64,000 bases of DNA from an uncultured Alphaproteobacteria bacterium (GTDB lineage Bacteria; Pseudomonadota; Alphaproteobacteria; Rhizobiales; Xanthobacteraceae): the NCBI GenBank assembly GCA_963719745.1, contig CAVRDC010000019.1, positions 155,941 to 219,940 of the forward strand. Direction: 5' to 3'. The stretch's first letter is position 1, and every line of letters begins with the position of its first letter. The position numbers and the translations under genes are program-made. This document shows positions 18,055-29,682 of the stretch, one piece after another. The notes beneath the pieces were generated by a model that saw only the letters and a program-made list of their open reading frames with translations, was not told where the DNA came from and searched no databases.

Positions 18055-20087
18055 TCAACCGTGGTCCGAGCGGTCATCTGTCCCGGCGCATTGATAGTTT
18101 ACGACAAAGTTCTTGCTACAACGTGGGGCGGGGTCGCCGAGCTTGTTCACATCGACGGTAAAGTCGCAATTTCTTTTCGTCGCGCAAGTCTCCGCCACCG
18201 CCTCGGTGGCGTTGCCGGCGCGAGCGCCACAATTTTCCCGGTAGGTGGCGGACAGCACGCGAAGTCCGTCGACAGACGTTGCGACCGCGCCGGAAGTCTG
18301 CGTATTCGTGGCCGTTGCAGCCGGCTTTGCCGCAGGAACGCGAGTTTTTGCACTTGCCGCCTCGAGCTAGCACGATAGCTGCAGTCGACTTCCCAATCCG
18401 GCCTCACCGGGTGACTCGAGGGTGGAATCGTTTTTCGACTGGGGCACATTGGTACTCAACGGCAAAATTCTTGGCGCACCCGGACGCTGGATCACCTAAA
18501 ACGGAGACGTCGACGACGTATGCGCAGCTATCCCGGCCGTTGCAGGCCTCGCTGCGATGCTCTCGTCGCGTTACCTCTTAGGGCGTGGCAATTCGCGCCA
18601 TAAGTCGCAACGACGACGCGAAGGCCGCTGGTCACGGATGCCGTCAAGTCGATAGGCGCGGCGAACAAGACCAGAATTGCGGCCAATCCTGGACTTGCGA
18701 ATAGCAAATACGCCAGGATACGCTTTTGCTGCGCAGGTCCCTCTCGCCACAAGCCGCGCAGCCATCGTCGTGCTGGGACTTCGATGTACGCATGAAGCCC
18801 GAGAGAGATCAGCACGATAAACAGAGAGCAGGAAACAAAAGTTTGACCATTACAAAAATGACATTCGGCGCCGTTGCCGGCAGTGCATTGCCGAGAAAAC
18901 TCCCGGCGAGAATGAAAATGAGGAAGTGAGTGAGGTAGATCGAATAGCTGGCCTCTCCAAGAGCAATCATTGGCCGGGTATTTAGAACGCGTGAAAAAAA
19001 GGTCTGGTAACGTGCGGCGCAGAAGAGAATGACAGCCACACTCGGAACGAGCGCGAAATTTAAGTTCAATTGTCGTACGAATGCCCATCTCCCCGCATAC
19101 ATGGAGTAGATCATGACGGGAACGCTCACGACACCGAGCGCAAGCAGCGCCGGACCGAGGCCCGCTCTCTCGTACTGGGGTATTTGTCTCGCAGCAGTAC
19201 ATAAAGTTGAGCCATCAAGCAGCCCAGTACGAATTCGCCGATCCGCAAATGAGGCAAAAAATACATGACCGCCTGAAGCCAAATCCTTAAATCCGTTTGC
19301 TGTTCCGGCAATGAAGCCGTGGCGCGCGCGTGCCAGGATATCTATGCGGGGAGCGTGATCTGAGAGCATGTGGGCGAACGCCATGCCAGACCACACACCA
19401 AGCCAACGCCGCGACGATAACGGTCATGGGCCGGCACACGCGGATGGCGAGCAGCGCTACCAAAGGATAGCAGAGATAAAAGAACCACTCGGTGCTGATC
19501 GACCACGTGAGCGCCGAATTAACGCCTGCTACATAAATCAGCGACGTATCTTCAAACGGTACGTACATCCAGCTTTGCGTGAAGGTGAAATAATAGGGAA
19601 GTGCTTTGAGCACATCTAGAAACTCGTCACCGCGTCCGCCCATGAAGTTAAATAACTGTCGCCCCAAAAGGATATCGAGCAACACGATAAAGCAATAGAG
19701 CGGATAAAGACGGGCGAAGCGCGCCCAAAGGAACCCGCTCATGCCGTCAAGCCCTTCCCGCGTGACAGCGACCCGATAATTGTAGTGAATGACAAAGCCG
19801 CTGAGCACGAAAAACAGGGTCATCCCGAGCCCGGCAAGCTTTATCAGCCAATCGGTGATGCCGAATGTGCCGATTTCCAGCCTAAAGATCGTATCGAAGC
19901 CGTGTGCGATCACCACGGAAAAGGCCGCAATGAAGCGCAATCCCGTCAGTGCAGGCACTTTGGCACGGGACCGCTCGGAGCTATTCACTGCCTGCGTGCG
20001 ATTATGCACCAGCGATATCCCGAAACTGCACGATTTGTGTTTTTGAGCGTTGGCCAACTCCGTAAAGTGAAATATTGGCATAATCAA
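18055..20087 (-). pseudogene. Acyltransferase family 3 (OafA/NolL-like) fused to C-terminal Cys-rich lectin-like repeats, multiply frameshifted
   Basis: LTGLRFIAAFSVVIAHG..LFFVLSGFVIHYNY..LTWSISTEWFFYLCYP (ORF 19287..20087). ALGEASYSIYLTHFLI (ORF 18809..19396). YIEVPARRWL (ORF 18528..19202). Then two ATYGxNC..GNAT..C..LGDPAxxCxKNFxVxYQC modules (about 18640..18420, and ORF 18055..18258). Confidence 0.65.
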
Positions 20088-20414
20088 GCGCCCCTTGCTA
20101 TCGGCGGCGAGTCGGCCTACGCGAACTTAACCCGCCCAACAATCAAGCGACGACTTTGAACGGCAGTGCATCGCGCTAACGGAGCGCCATAGCGACCGCA
20201 TGCGAACTTGCGACCCCACTTGGCAGCACTGACACCTGCGGTTAGACTTGTTTTAGGCCTTCGCAATTTGCAAAAGCTCGGGCTTGCTGCTGGACAGCGA
20301 TCGAGCTTGCCGCCGGCTGAAGGGGAAAGCTTGAATCTCAATTTGAACAAGGCGCCCCCCATCAGAGGGTCTTTGAATTTGCGACATTCGATCATCAGAC
20401 GCTCAACTGCCGTG

Positions 20415-21690
20415 ATGATCGCTTTTGTCGCCGGTCATGCGATCAACTATGCGCTCATGTGGACGGCCAATCACCTGCTCGGCAAGGGTGGGTTCGGCCT
20501 TTTCTACACCGCCGTTCTAGTAATCAACGTTTTGTTCGCGCCAATGATGGCGGTGCTGTTGGTCCTGACGCGCCGGCTGGCCGATGCGGGGGCAAGGCAA
20601 GGGCCGGCTCAGATAGTGGCAATGACGTGGCTCCTTCTCGGGGCATGTTTGCGTGCGCTGCCGGTGGTCGCCGTCGTTGCTGCGTTGTTCGCAGCGGCAG
20701 CAGGTTGGTTCGGCTTTGAAACCTGGCTCGCTTTCCTCATTCCTTTGACGGTATCTGCTTTGGTGGCTACAGAAATCCTACGCACTTCATTTCAGAGTAT
20801 GTTGCTGTTCGCCTGGCAGGAAGTCGGTATGGGTGACCAGCAATGCCGCGCAATTCGCCTGTGCGGTCGCCGCGTTGTGGTTCGTGCCGCGGGTATCGCC
20901 CGGTATTGCCGGCATTCTCGCCGGCGCCATTGTCACGTTTGCTGCTTTTATTTCCCCTGGTTTGTACGCGCCTCGCGCGCGGCGCCGGCGCAGTCAAGCG
21001 TGCGGTTGTACTCGATCTCGTCAATGAATGGCCAATGATAATCGGCTATTCACTGTTTATTCTGTCTCAACAACGTCGACATTCTGGTGAGCTATTGGCT
21101 GTTGCCGCGAGCGGGAACTCGACGTCTATGCGGCATCTTCGCTGTTACCGAAGGCGATCACGACAGCAACCTTCGCGGTAGCCCAAGTGATGCTCCCGGT
21201 GATTGTCGATCAGAAGGCGGATGGCCTCTCTTACCGGCAGTCGATCGAGTCAAAGCGATTGCCATGACACTGGGCCTCGGCACAGCGGCCACTGCTGTGC
21301 TGTCAATCCCCTGGTGGCTGGGTACAGTCCACGCCGCTGGCAATTCGCGACCTCGATTTCCCGATGATGATGACGCTCGCAGTCGCCGCCATTGCGCTCG
21401 GCGCCATCCGCGTCTTCGTCGTCGTCGAAGTTGCACTGCAGCGCTACGCGGCCGGGTTCACCCAGGCCGGCGCCATCGCACTGTTTGCCTTGATCTGCCT
21501 GCTATCCGCGGCGCCGGCGCTGCGGATAGCCGAGCTCTATGCGGTGGTGACTTTGAGCTTTATGGTCATCGTCGCAATCGCGTTGATCATGCCGCGCGCC
21601 CGGGGTTATCCACCTTCTTTCAATCGCAGGCGCGATGACATGGGGTTCGACATCGCCACGAACGAATTGAACGAACAGAACCCGCGCTGC
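20415..21690 (+). pseudogene. Polytopic membrane protein, possibly an oligosaccharide flippase (Wzx/MOP-like), frameshifted
   Basis: Runs of hydrophobic helices are spread over ORFs 20208..21038, 20833..21027, 21087..21638 and 21364..21798. No single frame spans the region. The family assignment is weak. Confidence 0.35.
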
Positions 21691-21694
21691 GCCG

Positions 21695-22487
21695 ATGTCA
21701 TCGCCGGCGAGGGTTCACCTTTCCGTGGTCGTTCCGGTCTACAACGAGCAGAAAATTCTCATGCAGATGGCGGAACAACTGGCACCACATCTGGATAGGA
21801 TCGCCGGCGAGAGCCGCTGGCAATTGGTGCCTTAGACAACGGGAGCCACGATGGTTGGCGCGAGATCTGCGACCAAATCATTGAGCGCTGGCCGCAGTCC
21901 ACCAAACTAGAACTGGAACGGCCCGATTACGGCGAGGCGCTTTACCAAGGCCTTACGCATGCGGCGGGGCCATGGGCATTTATCATCAACGTCGACTTCT
22001 GGGACGTACCTTTCATGCGCTGGTGTTTTCGTACAAGGGGCGCCTACGACATGGTGATGGGTTCGAAGCGTGCCGACGACGTCCTTAATCAGCAGGACAA
22101 TTATCGGCGCACGCTGAGCTGGGGCCTCAACACCATCCTGCAAACCGTTTTCAATTTTCCCGGAACCGACACGCACGGCCAGAAGTTCGTCTACCTGCCA
22201 GCGCTGCGGCCGATATTCGCGCAATGCGTGATGCGGCGCGGTCAGTTCGATACCGAATTCACGCTACGGGCCGCCCGCGCCAAGCTCTGGCTCGCGGAAG
22301 TTCCAGTTCCGATGGTCAGTTGCGGAAAGCGCGCAATCTCATGCTGCACAAGATCGGCCGCAACATCGTCGATATAATTCGGTTGCGGGAAGTGATGCGC
22401 AAGAACCGCACCCGGAGTGCCATGCGGTACCACCGTTCGTCTCGCGAGGATGTCGAGAAAATCTCAATTCGGCCCAAACTGCCTTGA
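21695..22487 (+). pseudogene. GT2 glycosyltransferase (DPM1/GtrB-like soluble core), frameshifted
   Basis: MSSPARVHLSVVVPVYNEQKILMQMAEQLAPHL..WQLVP, then a stop. The text resumes in another frame: DNGSHDGWREICDQI..AFIINVDFWD..MGSKRADDVLNQQDNYRRTLSWGLN..GTDTHGQKFV..QFDTEFTLRA. The tail QLRKARNLMLHKIGRNIVDIIRL is in the ORF 22224..22487 frame. Confidence 0.65.
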
Positions 22488-22602
22488 TCGTCGAAATGGG
22501 CCAGCTGCGCCGCGGCGACGGATTTGCCTTGGCGCCGGCTTCTGCCGACGGCGCAGCCTAGAAGAAGCGCACGGCGGCGGGCAGCGGATAGCTCATTCGC
22601 CT

Positions 22603-23311
22603 TCATGCGGATGTATCGAGGCGAACAGTACTCTCCATGGCGCCACTCGGCAGATAGGCGTACAGCCTCGGCGGCACCAGCCGCGCTAATCCGGGCATGG
22701 CGAACTTCGCCAACGCAAAGCGCACACTGTAACGCAGCAGCATCGGCCACGCCGGGACGACGCCTGAGCAGCCAGAAATCGTGCAGATTGGCGAGCTGCA
22801 TGGATGAGCTTTGCCACGCCCCCTTTCAGCGTCGGCATGCACAAATGCTCGCCAGGCAGAAAATAGGGCCAGTATCCACCCATCAAGCGTCGAGCAGAAC
22901 TTGCCGATCATCCAGGCGGACTCAAGATAGGCGATGCCGCGAGGTTTGAGGAGCGACAGCATGTTGCTGCGCAAAGATATCCGGACGACGAACATGTTCC
23001 CAAACACCAATGGCGAAGACCAAGTCTGCCCTGATCGCCAAGTCGGCGGCGAACAGAATACCTGAGCAATGTCGATCCGCCGCCATTCCAATTCTCAGAG
23101 CCATCCGACAGCGCGGGTGGACGATATAGTCAAAATCAATAACCAACCGGCTTGATGCCGGAAAATGCTCTGCCAATTTCTGTGCGATCTCTCCGCCTCC
23201 GGCACCGACGTCAATCCAGCTGAACGTACCCGCGTACAAGCGGGCGCTCAGTTCGATGAGGCACCACGCAAACGTCTCGTGCCAAACCGCGCTTGGGTTC
23301 TCTGATAGCAA
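22603..23311 (-). pseudogene. Class I SAM methyltransferase, frameshifted
   Basis: SWIDVGAGGGEIAQKLAEHFP..LVIDFD..DLVFAIGVWEHV (ORF 22922..23311) continues as SNMLSLLKPRGIAYLESAWM (ORF 22603..23091 frame). Further pieces are in ORF 22686..22886. The 3' limit is uncertain. Confidence 0.5.
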
Positions 23312-23529
23312 CCCACGCGTAAATTTTAGAGGCCAAACTCAAACGACCCGTAAAGTTCAGCCAGTACCGCCGGAGAAGGCGGCGGCAGGGTCAATCCTGA
23401 ACCGCATTCGCTACACACATAAAAATCGAATGGCCCGTGATCTTTCTTGCGCTGGTAAAATTCTCTAACATAGGCTAGGCGCACATCGCGGCTCCCGCAG
23501 TAAAAACCAAAATATTCACTTTCTGTTCA

Positions 23530-24482
23530 TTATACCCTGGAGGATGTATCAGAGAGTTCCTTCGTCGCTCCGCTGAAGGACATGAGCCTAAGGCTGCGCC
23601 GGTGGACAATGTCGGCCACCCCGGGATCGACCAAAGCATCGTGCTCGATCTGGCGAAATGGTGAAGTCGCAAATCGGCCGGGGGTTGCAGCGTTTTCGGC
23701 TGTACTCGCGTTGCGGACGGTGGGAAACCCGGGTGAATGCAAATCTCGTTCGAGCCGTTTGGTGAAAGTCCCTGCAACAGTTTCGCCAGCACCCGCTTCG
23801 AAATCGTTCCTGAATGAACAACGCCGAAGAACGCGTCCGTAGTGGACAGCCGTGGCGAGATTTGCCGAGCCAGAAAACGCAGCAGAAGCCACTTGACGTG
23901 GTTCGTCCGCCGCATCGCCTGGCCCAGCCCGGCCAGCATGAACAGCGGCCATCCGGTTTCGCCAGTCCATCTTCTGCGGATGCCGTACCTGGGAGCAAGC
24001 TCCTCGACGATGGCAAAGATATCTCTGTTCATGTGGATATGCTGATGAAAGTCAACGTGCGTGAGATCAATACCGTGATCTTTGGCGAGAGCAAGCTGGG
24101 CGTTAAATTCCTGGCGGATTTGTCGAAGCAGCTTGCCACGATCGTCCGCTCGCCTTCCCATTAGCAGAAGGTGGAGAGCGCTATGGTGGAAATAGCCCGC
24201 GTCGTTCATGAGGTCAGGTACATTATTCAGGGGAGCGACGGCGCGGCTTTGCGTGAGACACAAATGCAGACCGGCTGGGATACCTGACACTTTGAGATCC
24301 CCGCATGTTTCGTCTAAAAGCGGCATGGTCATCATCAATGACACCGAACTGACGATGCCGTTCCTATGGGCCGACATGATTCCCGCGTTGATCGCCGGAT
24401 GCACGCCGAAATCGTCGGCGTTGACAATCAATCCCGGTTTCAATTCATCAAAGCCCACTGCGTTTTCCTTTGCCTCTTGCAA
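23530..24482 (-). pseudogene. YdjC/ChbG/HpnK-family carbohydrate deacetylase with a C-terminal frameshift
   Basis: Hallmark NADDFGVHPAINAGI..GLHLCLT..HVDFHQHIHM in ORF 23475..24482. The family-like tail FRQIEHDALVDPGVADIVHRRSLRLMSFS is in the ORF 23530..23970 frame. Confidence 0.65.
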
Positions 24483-24530
24483 ATCGATCCAAGGACCTGC
24501 AACCCGTGCGGCGTTCTTGGCAATACACGA

Positions 24531-25567
24531 TCAAACGAACGGTAGTTGTTTGCGGATCAGCGGGACCCAGCCGATTGGTGACGAATAGCGGTAGCGTCGA
24601 CCAGCATTTTTGCAACACGCTCTTGTCTCAGCTTTTGCCGGCTAAAGCCCAGGTTTCCGCGACCGGGCGCCGGATCGCAAGTAGAAGTGATAGGGGACTT
24701 CGATGTCGGTGCCGCGCCATTTTTGCTTGAAGACGTGGACGTTACTGCCCGGCGTGCTTCGCCCCAGGTCGAAGCGCTCAACGCCGCAACTGCGCAGCGT
24801 CGCAGATAACGCGCCAGTGGAGGAGGTGATTGGCGAAATTCGTGTCTGGTGATGGCTGGACGGCGGTATAATAATCGGTCCACCGATGGCCGATGACGAT
24901 GCACAACATGCCGCCGATCAGGCGCCCGGCGTGCTTGACGAGATAAAGGCGCAACCGCTCGCCGCCCAAATGGGTGACCATAGCCTCGAACAGATCGGCA
25001 CCGAAAACCGGAGTGCCAAGGTCGCGCATATGCGCCGCGTAAGCGGCATAGAAGCTGTTCATCTCCAGCAACGAAGCATCGTGCTCGATGCTTAAGTCCT
25101 GCTGTTCCGGCTTGCCGCACCGCCCAGCGTGTTTTCTTCTGAACAGCGGCCCATATGCTTAATTGATGGCGCTGTCGCGATGAGGGTGCGCACAGTCGAC
25201 TGGATGATGTCGGCGGGCCGATCGACGCGCCGCCGCGTATTTGAAGATAGCGCGAACCGGTCCGGTCGCGGAGCGAGCGGGCTTCGGTCAATAGTGCGTT
25301 CGCCGCCTCAGTCGTAGCTGCAAGCACGCCGTCCTCGAACGAAGAGATATGACGTCCGGTCAGGGGGCTGCTGCTGAAATATGTCGGTAATATGCCCTCA
25401 ATGGCGCCTTGCTCGTTGATCGCCATCAGGAAGTAAGGCGTCACCCAACAAGCGTCGCGCAGCACGCCGTACCAGCCGGCATGGTGCATGCAACCGGCTT
25501 CGCGGTTGCGGTCAACGAAATCCTGCCATGCCGGCAGGTCCGCTTCAGAGACCAATTGCGCGTGCAT
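24531..25567 (-). pseudogene. FemAB-like / GNAT-fold acyl(aminoacyl)transferase, frameshifted
   Basis: MHAQLVSEADLPAWQDFV..AGWYGVLRDA..YLQIRGG (ORF 24557..25732 frame). FYAAYAAHMRDLGTPVF..LYLVKHAGRLIGGMLC..YYTAV (ORF 24778..25071). ERFDLGRSTPGSNVHVFKQKWRG, and the final WVPLIRKQLPFV* in the third frame (stop 24531..24533). Confidence 0.55.
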
Positions 25568-25653
25568 CGCTCTGCCTCGGTTTTCCCTCTGGGCAGCGGT
25601 GTATGCCGACGTTAAGACTGGCGGCACCGATGAGCCTCCACGGGCGATTTTGA

Positions 25654-26388
25654 ATGACCGAGCGATCTGATCGCGGCAACTTCTGGCGACGCTGCCGGAA
25701 AAGCTTCGGCTGTTCCGCAAATTTCGTCGCATCGCTGCGCAAGCGGGGTCTCTGGCGCACGCTCAAAATGTCCATGTTCGAATTGTACCACGAGTATAGG
25801 TTGGGAGCTGATACGTCATACGTTATTCCTCGCCAGCAACTTGATGGAGAGATCGAAGCGCTAAGTCATGCGATCGACTATTTCCCGTCCAGCTATCTTA
25901 TCCTGCATGAGGCCTTCTCCTCGGTTGGTGCTGATTGTCGTGACGGGGTTCTGGTCGATTACGGGTGCGGTATGGGTCGGGCGCTTCTGTTTGCCTCCTC
26001 TCGGCCGATCAAACGAATGATTGGGGTTGAGCTCTCGCCGTCGCTATGCGCCGCCGCGAGCGAAAACCTGACACGCCTTTATCGCAAGACGAGGGCGGTC
26101 GATCCGAACTGGGCCATCGTCAATGGAGACGCGAGGGCATTTGCCGTCCCGGACGACGCCAACCTATTCTATTTATTCAATCCCTTCGACGCGGTCATAC
26201 TCGGGCAGGTGATCGACAACATCGTGAAGTCTGTTCGCAGCGTGCCGCGGAAATGCACCGTGATCTATGCCAACCCGGTGCACGAGAGCGAATTCATCTC
26301 GCGAGGGTTTCGCAAAATGCCGGAGCCCGGGCGGGATTTTGTTGTGTTTGTTTTCACCGCAGCGCATCGTCTTGCGTCGGTGTCGTGA
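25654..26388 (+). CDS. Class I SAM-dependent methyltransferase
   Basis: VLVDYGCGMGRALLFAS motif I, IGVELSP, LFYLFNPF. Uninterrupted 244-aa ORF. The start codon is uncertain. Confidence 0.65.
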   Translation: MTERSDRGNFWRRCRKSFGCSANFVASLRKRGLWRTLKMSMFELYHEYRLGADTSYVIPRQQLDGEIEALSHAIDYFPSSYLILHEAFSSVGADCRDGVLVDYGCGMGRALLFASSRPIKRMIGVELSPSLCAAASENLTRLYRKTRAVDPNWAIVNGDARAFAVPDDANLFYLFNPFDAVILGQVIDNIVKSVRSVPRKCTVIYANPVHESEFISRGFRKMPEPGRDFVVFVFTAAHRLASVS

Positions 26389-27573
26389 CAGAGTAGCAAT
26401 GCACTGAATGCGCGATTGCCTACTCCAACCAGATCGAAGGTAAGCTAAAAAAGGTAGCGCTTGAAGGTCGACGCGCACGTCGATACGTGTCCGCGGCTGT
26501 ATCATTGATGGAAGGCAATACGCCCTGCATCGTTGAATTCCAAATACTCTTTTTGTGGCCCGAAGGCCGAGCGGCAAAACCGTTAAGCCGGGCGCAGTCC
26601 TGCCGTAAGGCGCGCGGCGTCCAAAAGTTCACGCCAAATATCGGTATAGAAATACTGAGCATCTCCGTGTAATTCCAGCGGCTGATCAAAGAAGGCTTGT
26701 GCTTCGCCGGCAGTCATGCGGCGCGAACTCGCCCGCCTGATTTAACGCTCTGATTTCGGAAAAGCGCGATTGGTGAGGTCCCAAAGCCCCGTTACTGCGA
26801 ATAATATCAAAGAATGACAAACCGGTACACGAGATGAAGGTCGGATCGGGGGACAAAGCCTCCGTTTGATGTCTTCGCGAATGCGCGGATCGTCGGATGC
26901 GAGCTGCTCATCGTAAAGTATCGAGTAATTGCGGGTCGGCCGCTCCTCTAAGCATAACCGCCCCGCGTCCCAACATTAAGTTCCGGAATGCTCTCGGCTG
27001 TAAGGCCCCACACGGATAATCGGGGAACGAAGGGGCATCGGTATAAGCGGCCGGACCGGCGTCATTCACCACTAATATAACTCCCATGCAGTCGTATTCC
27101 CGATGAGGCAGGCACTAATATAAGACTGTCGGAGCGCCTTTTCGGGCTATCGTACTAGCGCAGCAATTCGGAAAGCAACAGGGACTAACATAACGGGTTG
27201 CGATACATCCGCAGGTCGCCACGCGATCGATGCGATTGAATATGCATAAGTTCGCTGGATCGCTTGCCTTACGCCCTAAGGACCGCGCGGCTCGGCTGTA
27301 AATTGCCAAACGCCAACCTACGTTGGCAAGTCCATCGGCGTCGCGAACGGACCTGCTTCCGTTTTTTGCAATGTCGCCTGAATAAAAATATCGCGAATTG
27401 TCACCTCGGGGAGAGGACATGGTGCGCCCAGCTCTCTGTTCGATTCTACTACGTTTCGCTCGATCGATGATTTAGGCAGATGAGCAGCTTGAAGGTGATC
27501 GGCTCATAGCGATTTTCCCGACAAAGGTGCCAAAAAGAATCGCATTGTGTAAGTGACTAATATAAACCATGTG

Positions 27574-27900
27574 TCATGATTCCCGAACTCGGAACGAAGT
27601 GAACATCAGATCGCCTGGCTTCGTTAGGTCATGGATGATGTGGGAGGCATGGTCATGATTGGCGACGTGCTCTGTGCTGCCCCAATTAACCACAAGGTCA
27701 CGAGAGCCGAGCGGTGAGGTTTCCTTGCCCGGTGGCCTGTCTGAGGTCAATTGGCGCTGCGCAGAACAAGCGATAGATCTTATTCCGCTTGCCTGCAGAA
27801 ACTGATCGGTGAGTTGTTGGGCCCCAATCTCAGCCATGGTCAGCGCATCGCCGAATTGGCCTTGCCGTTTGAGGCCTATCAGTTCCCGCATCAGTTCCAA
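27574..27900 (-). pseudogene. Truncated remnant of the EIGAQQ..TEHV methyltransferase-like family (third paralog of modules A/B)
   Basis: MELMRELIGLKRQGQFGDALTMAEIGAQQL..VVNWGSTEHVANHDHASHIIHDLTKPGDLM. It is collinear with 12206..12820 but lacks about 60 internal residues and the whole C-terminal half. Confidence 0.55.
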
Positions 27901-28002
27901 TGTTAGCCCGATTGTCGCTCACCGATATAATGAACTTGGGATTGCACGGAGCTCGTGACAGGTATCGAAGCTGGCCCTTTATTTCTCGGGGACTACAGCA
28001 AT

Positions 28003-29682
28003 TTACGCGTGTGTAGAGAGGTGTTGTTTCATTGCTGTTTCCTGACGGCGCCAAACAGTCCATAGGAACAGGACAGGCAAGTAGGTGATCATGAAAAGGC
28101 TGAGCATCGTGTAAAAAAGAACGGTGTCGACAATCAGCGTAGTGGGTCCCCCAACAAGCGTGGTCGCCGACGAAAAGATCGCCACAACGACTATGATGCC
28201 GAAACCGCGCGTCACACAAGTCCGCTCCCAGTGCGCGGCGCCCGCGGCCAAGGTCAATAAAGCCGCCGCCAGTGCGGCAAGAAAGGCGATCTTATATCCG
28301 GATGATAGATAGGGATAAATGGCCTCCCTGAATATCTCTATTTGATCGCGAGGCTTGCCATAAATAAACGACTTAACAGTCAACCAAGGGTGGGCGACGG
28401 CGATGTCGAAAAAGATTTGCCGCGTGAGTTGCTCGTACACCACTTCGTCCAGGAAAGGATCCATGTAAATGACGCCGTCCACAACGAATGCAATTTTCGA
28501 TTTAGTGTCACGGCGCTCGCGCAGATATTGCGTCACCGCATCAAACGACATGAGATCGCCGTAGGGAGCTTCGTTGTTTCCATATAATCTATACAGTTCA
28601 GGGTCCGCGCTGATGGTCCCGGTCAAAACCCCGTCCCAGAACGTATGCGTTATCGTTTCGCTGCGATACGCCGGGTCGAGGGAAAGGTGAGAATAGAGCA
28701 TGAAGGCGAGAAACCCGACAGCGGCGATGAGTGCGGGCCAGGTGCTGGCGGCCAGCTGCCTCAACGCCAGGCCGCTTCCGCCCCTCCATCGCAAGGCCTG
28801 ACAGATCGCTACATAATCGGATCGTTGCAGCACAAGGATCGGGCTTACGATCACGGCGCCAGCTTGCCAAATTGCCTGGTAGCGGATGAAAACCAAAAAA
28901 TAGAGCAAGGCCGCCTGACCGATTGCGGTGGCGATCCTGTCGGGTGTGGGCGGATCGCGCCGGAACACCAGCAACAACAGATGCATGGCAGGCAGCATCG
29001 CGAAGACAGGAAAGAACCTGCTGTTGTGAACGGTCTGGAAGTACGGCGCGCTGGCAAAGCCGATCATGAGATAATGGCCGATGAGATACAGGGCCAAGAG
29101 ATACATGCAGAACGGCGAGTTGCGGAACGTCGCAAAGAACATAAGCGCCGAAGCCGTCAGCAACAGATAATAGAACAAGACCAGCGCGTTAATATTCAAC
29201 CCGAACAGCTCAAACGCCAAATAATAATAATCGGCCAATCCTTTTTCGTTGCCATGCAGGACGACCGGCGGCAGGCTTTGGTCGATCGGTGCCCGGCTGG
29301 CGTCACGCATCAGCTGTTCCATGCGTGGCCCGTTGTGGGTAAGCGCTGAAATTTGCTCGGCCGTGGGTAGAGGGTCGGCCTCGCCGTCAAAGATGCCGAG
29401 GCCGTGTTGATTGAGATAGTTGCTGATTGAGCGGTAGGCGATGTACCCATGCAGGGGCTCCGGCTGCATCCGCGACAGGGCGATCGCCAGCGATTCGCGC
29501 CACCGGTACACCGGATTATCATACATCGACAGGTTCTGGCCGAGCGAATAGGTGCGGGCTACGCTCAGCGCGAGCAGAGTAAGAATTATAATGGGTATTC
29601 CGAGAGAGGCGATCCAATACCGGAGCCGAGCGTTGTCACGCCATGGCGCGCACGTAAGCCACCGTAATTGCCTACTGGCCAC
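28003..29682 (-). CDS. Large polytopic membrane protein of unrecognised family (559 aa)
   Basis: Uninterrupted GTG-start ORF with about 10 or more hydrophobic segments and a hydrophilic loop (SETITHTFWDGVLTG..YGDLMSFDAVTQYLRERRD..AVAHPWLTVKSFIYGKPRDQ). I recognise no catalytic motif. Confidence 0.6.
   Translation of the reverse strand: MASRQLRWLTCAPWRDNARLRYWIASLGIPIIILTLLALSVARTYSLGQNLSMYDNPVYRWRESLAIALSRMQPEPLHGYIAYRSISNYLNQHGLGIFDGEADPLPTAEQISALTHNGPRMEQLMRDASRAPIDQSLPPVVLHGNEKGLADYYYLAFELFGLNINALVLFYYLLLTASALMFFATFRNSPFCMYLLALYLIGHYLMIGFASAPYFQTVHNSRFFPVFAMLPAMHLLLLVFRRDPPTPDRIATAIGQAALLYFLVFIRYQAIWQAGAVIVSPILVLQRSDYVAICQALRWRGGSGLALRQLAASTWPALIAAVGFLAFMLYSHLSLDPAYRSETITHTFWDGVLTGTISADPELYRLYGNNEAPYGDLMSFDAVTQYLRERRDTKSKIAFVVDGVIYMDPFLDEVVYEQLTRQIFFDIAVAHPWLTVKSFIYGKPRDQIEIFREAIYPYLSSGYKIAFLAALAAALLTLAAGAAHWERTCVTRGFGIIVVVAIFSSATTLVGGPTTLIVDTVLFYTMLSLFMITYLPVLFLWTVWRRQETAMKQHLSTHA

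Noticed and set aside
26393-26430. Imperfect hairpin GAGTAGCAAT..ATTGCCTACTC after the methyltransferase stop as an intrinsic terminator
   Set aside because: The stem is imperfect (one bulge) and there is no U-tract. It is not distinguishable from chance.
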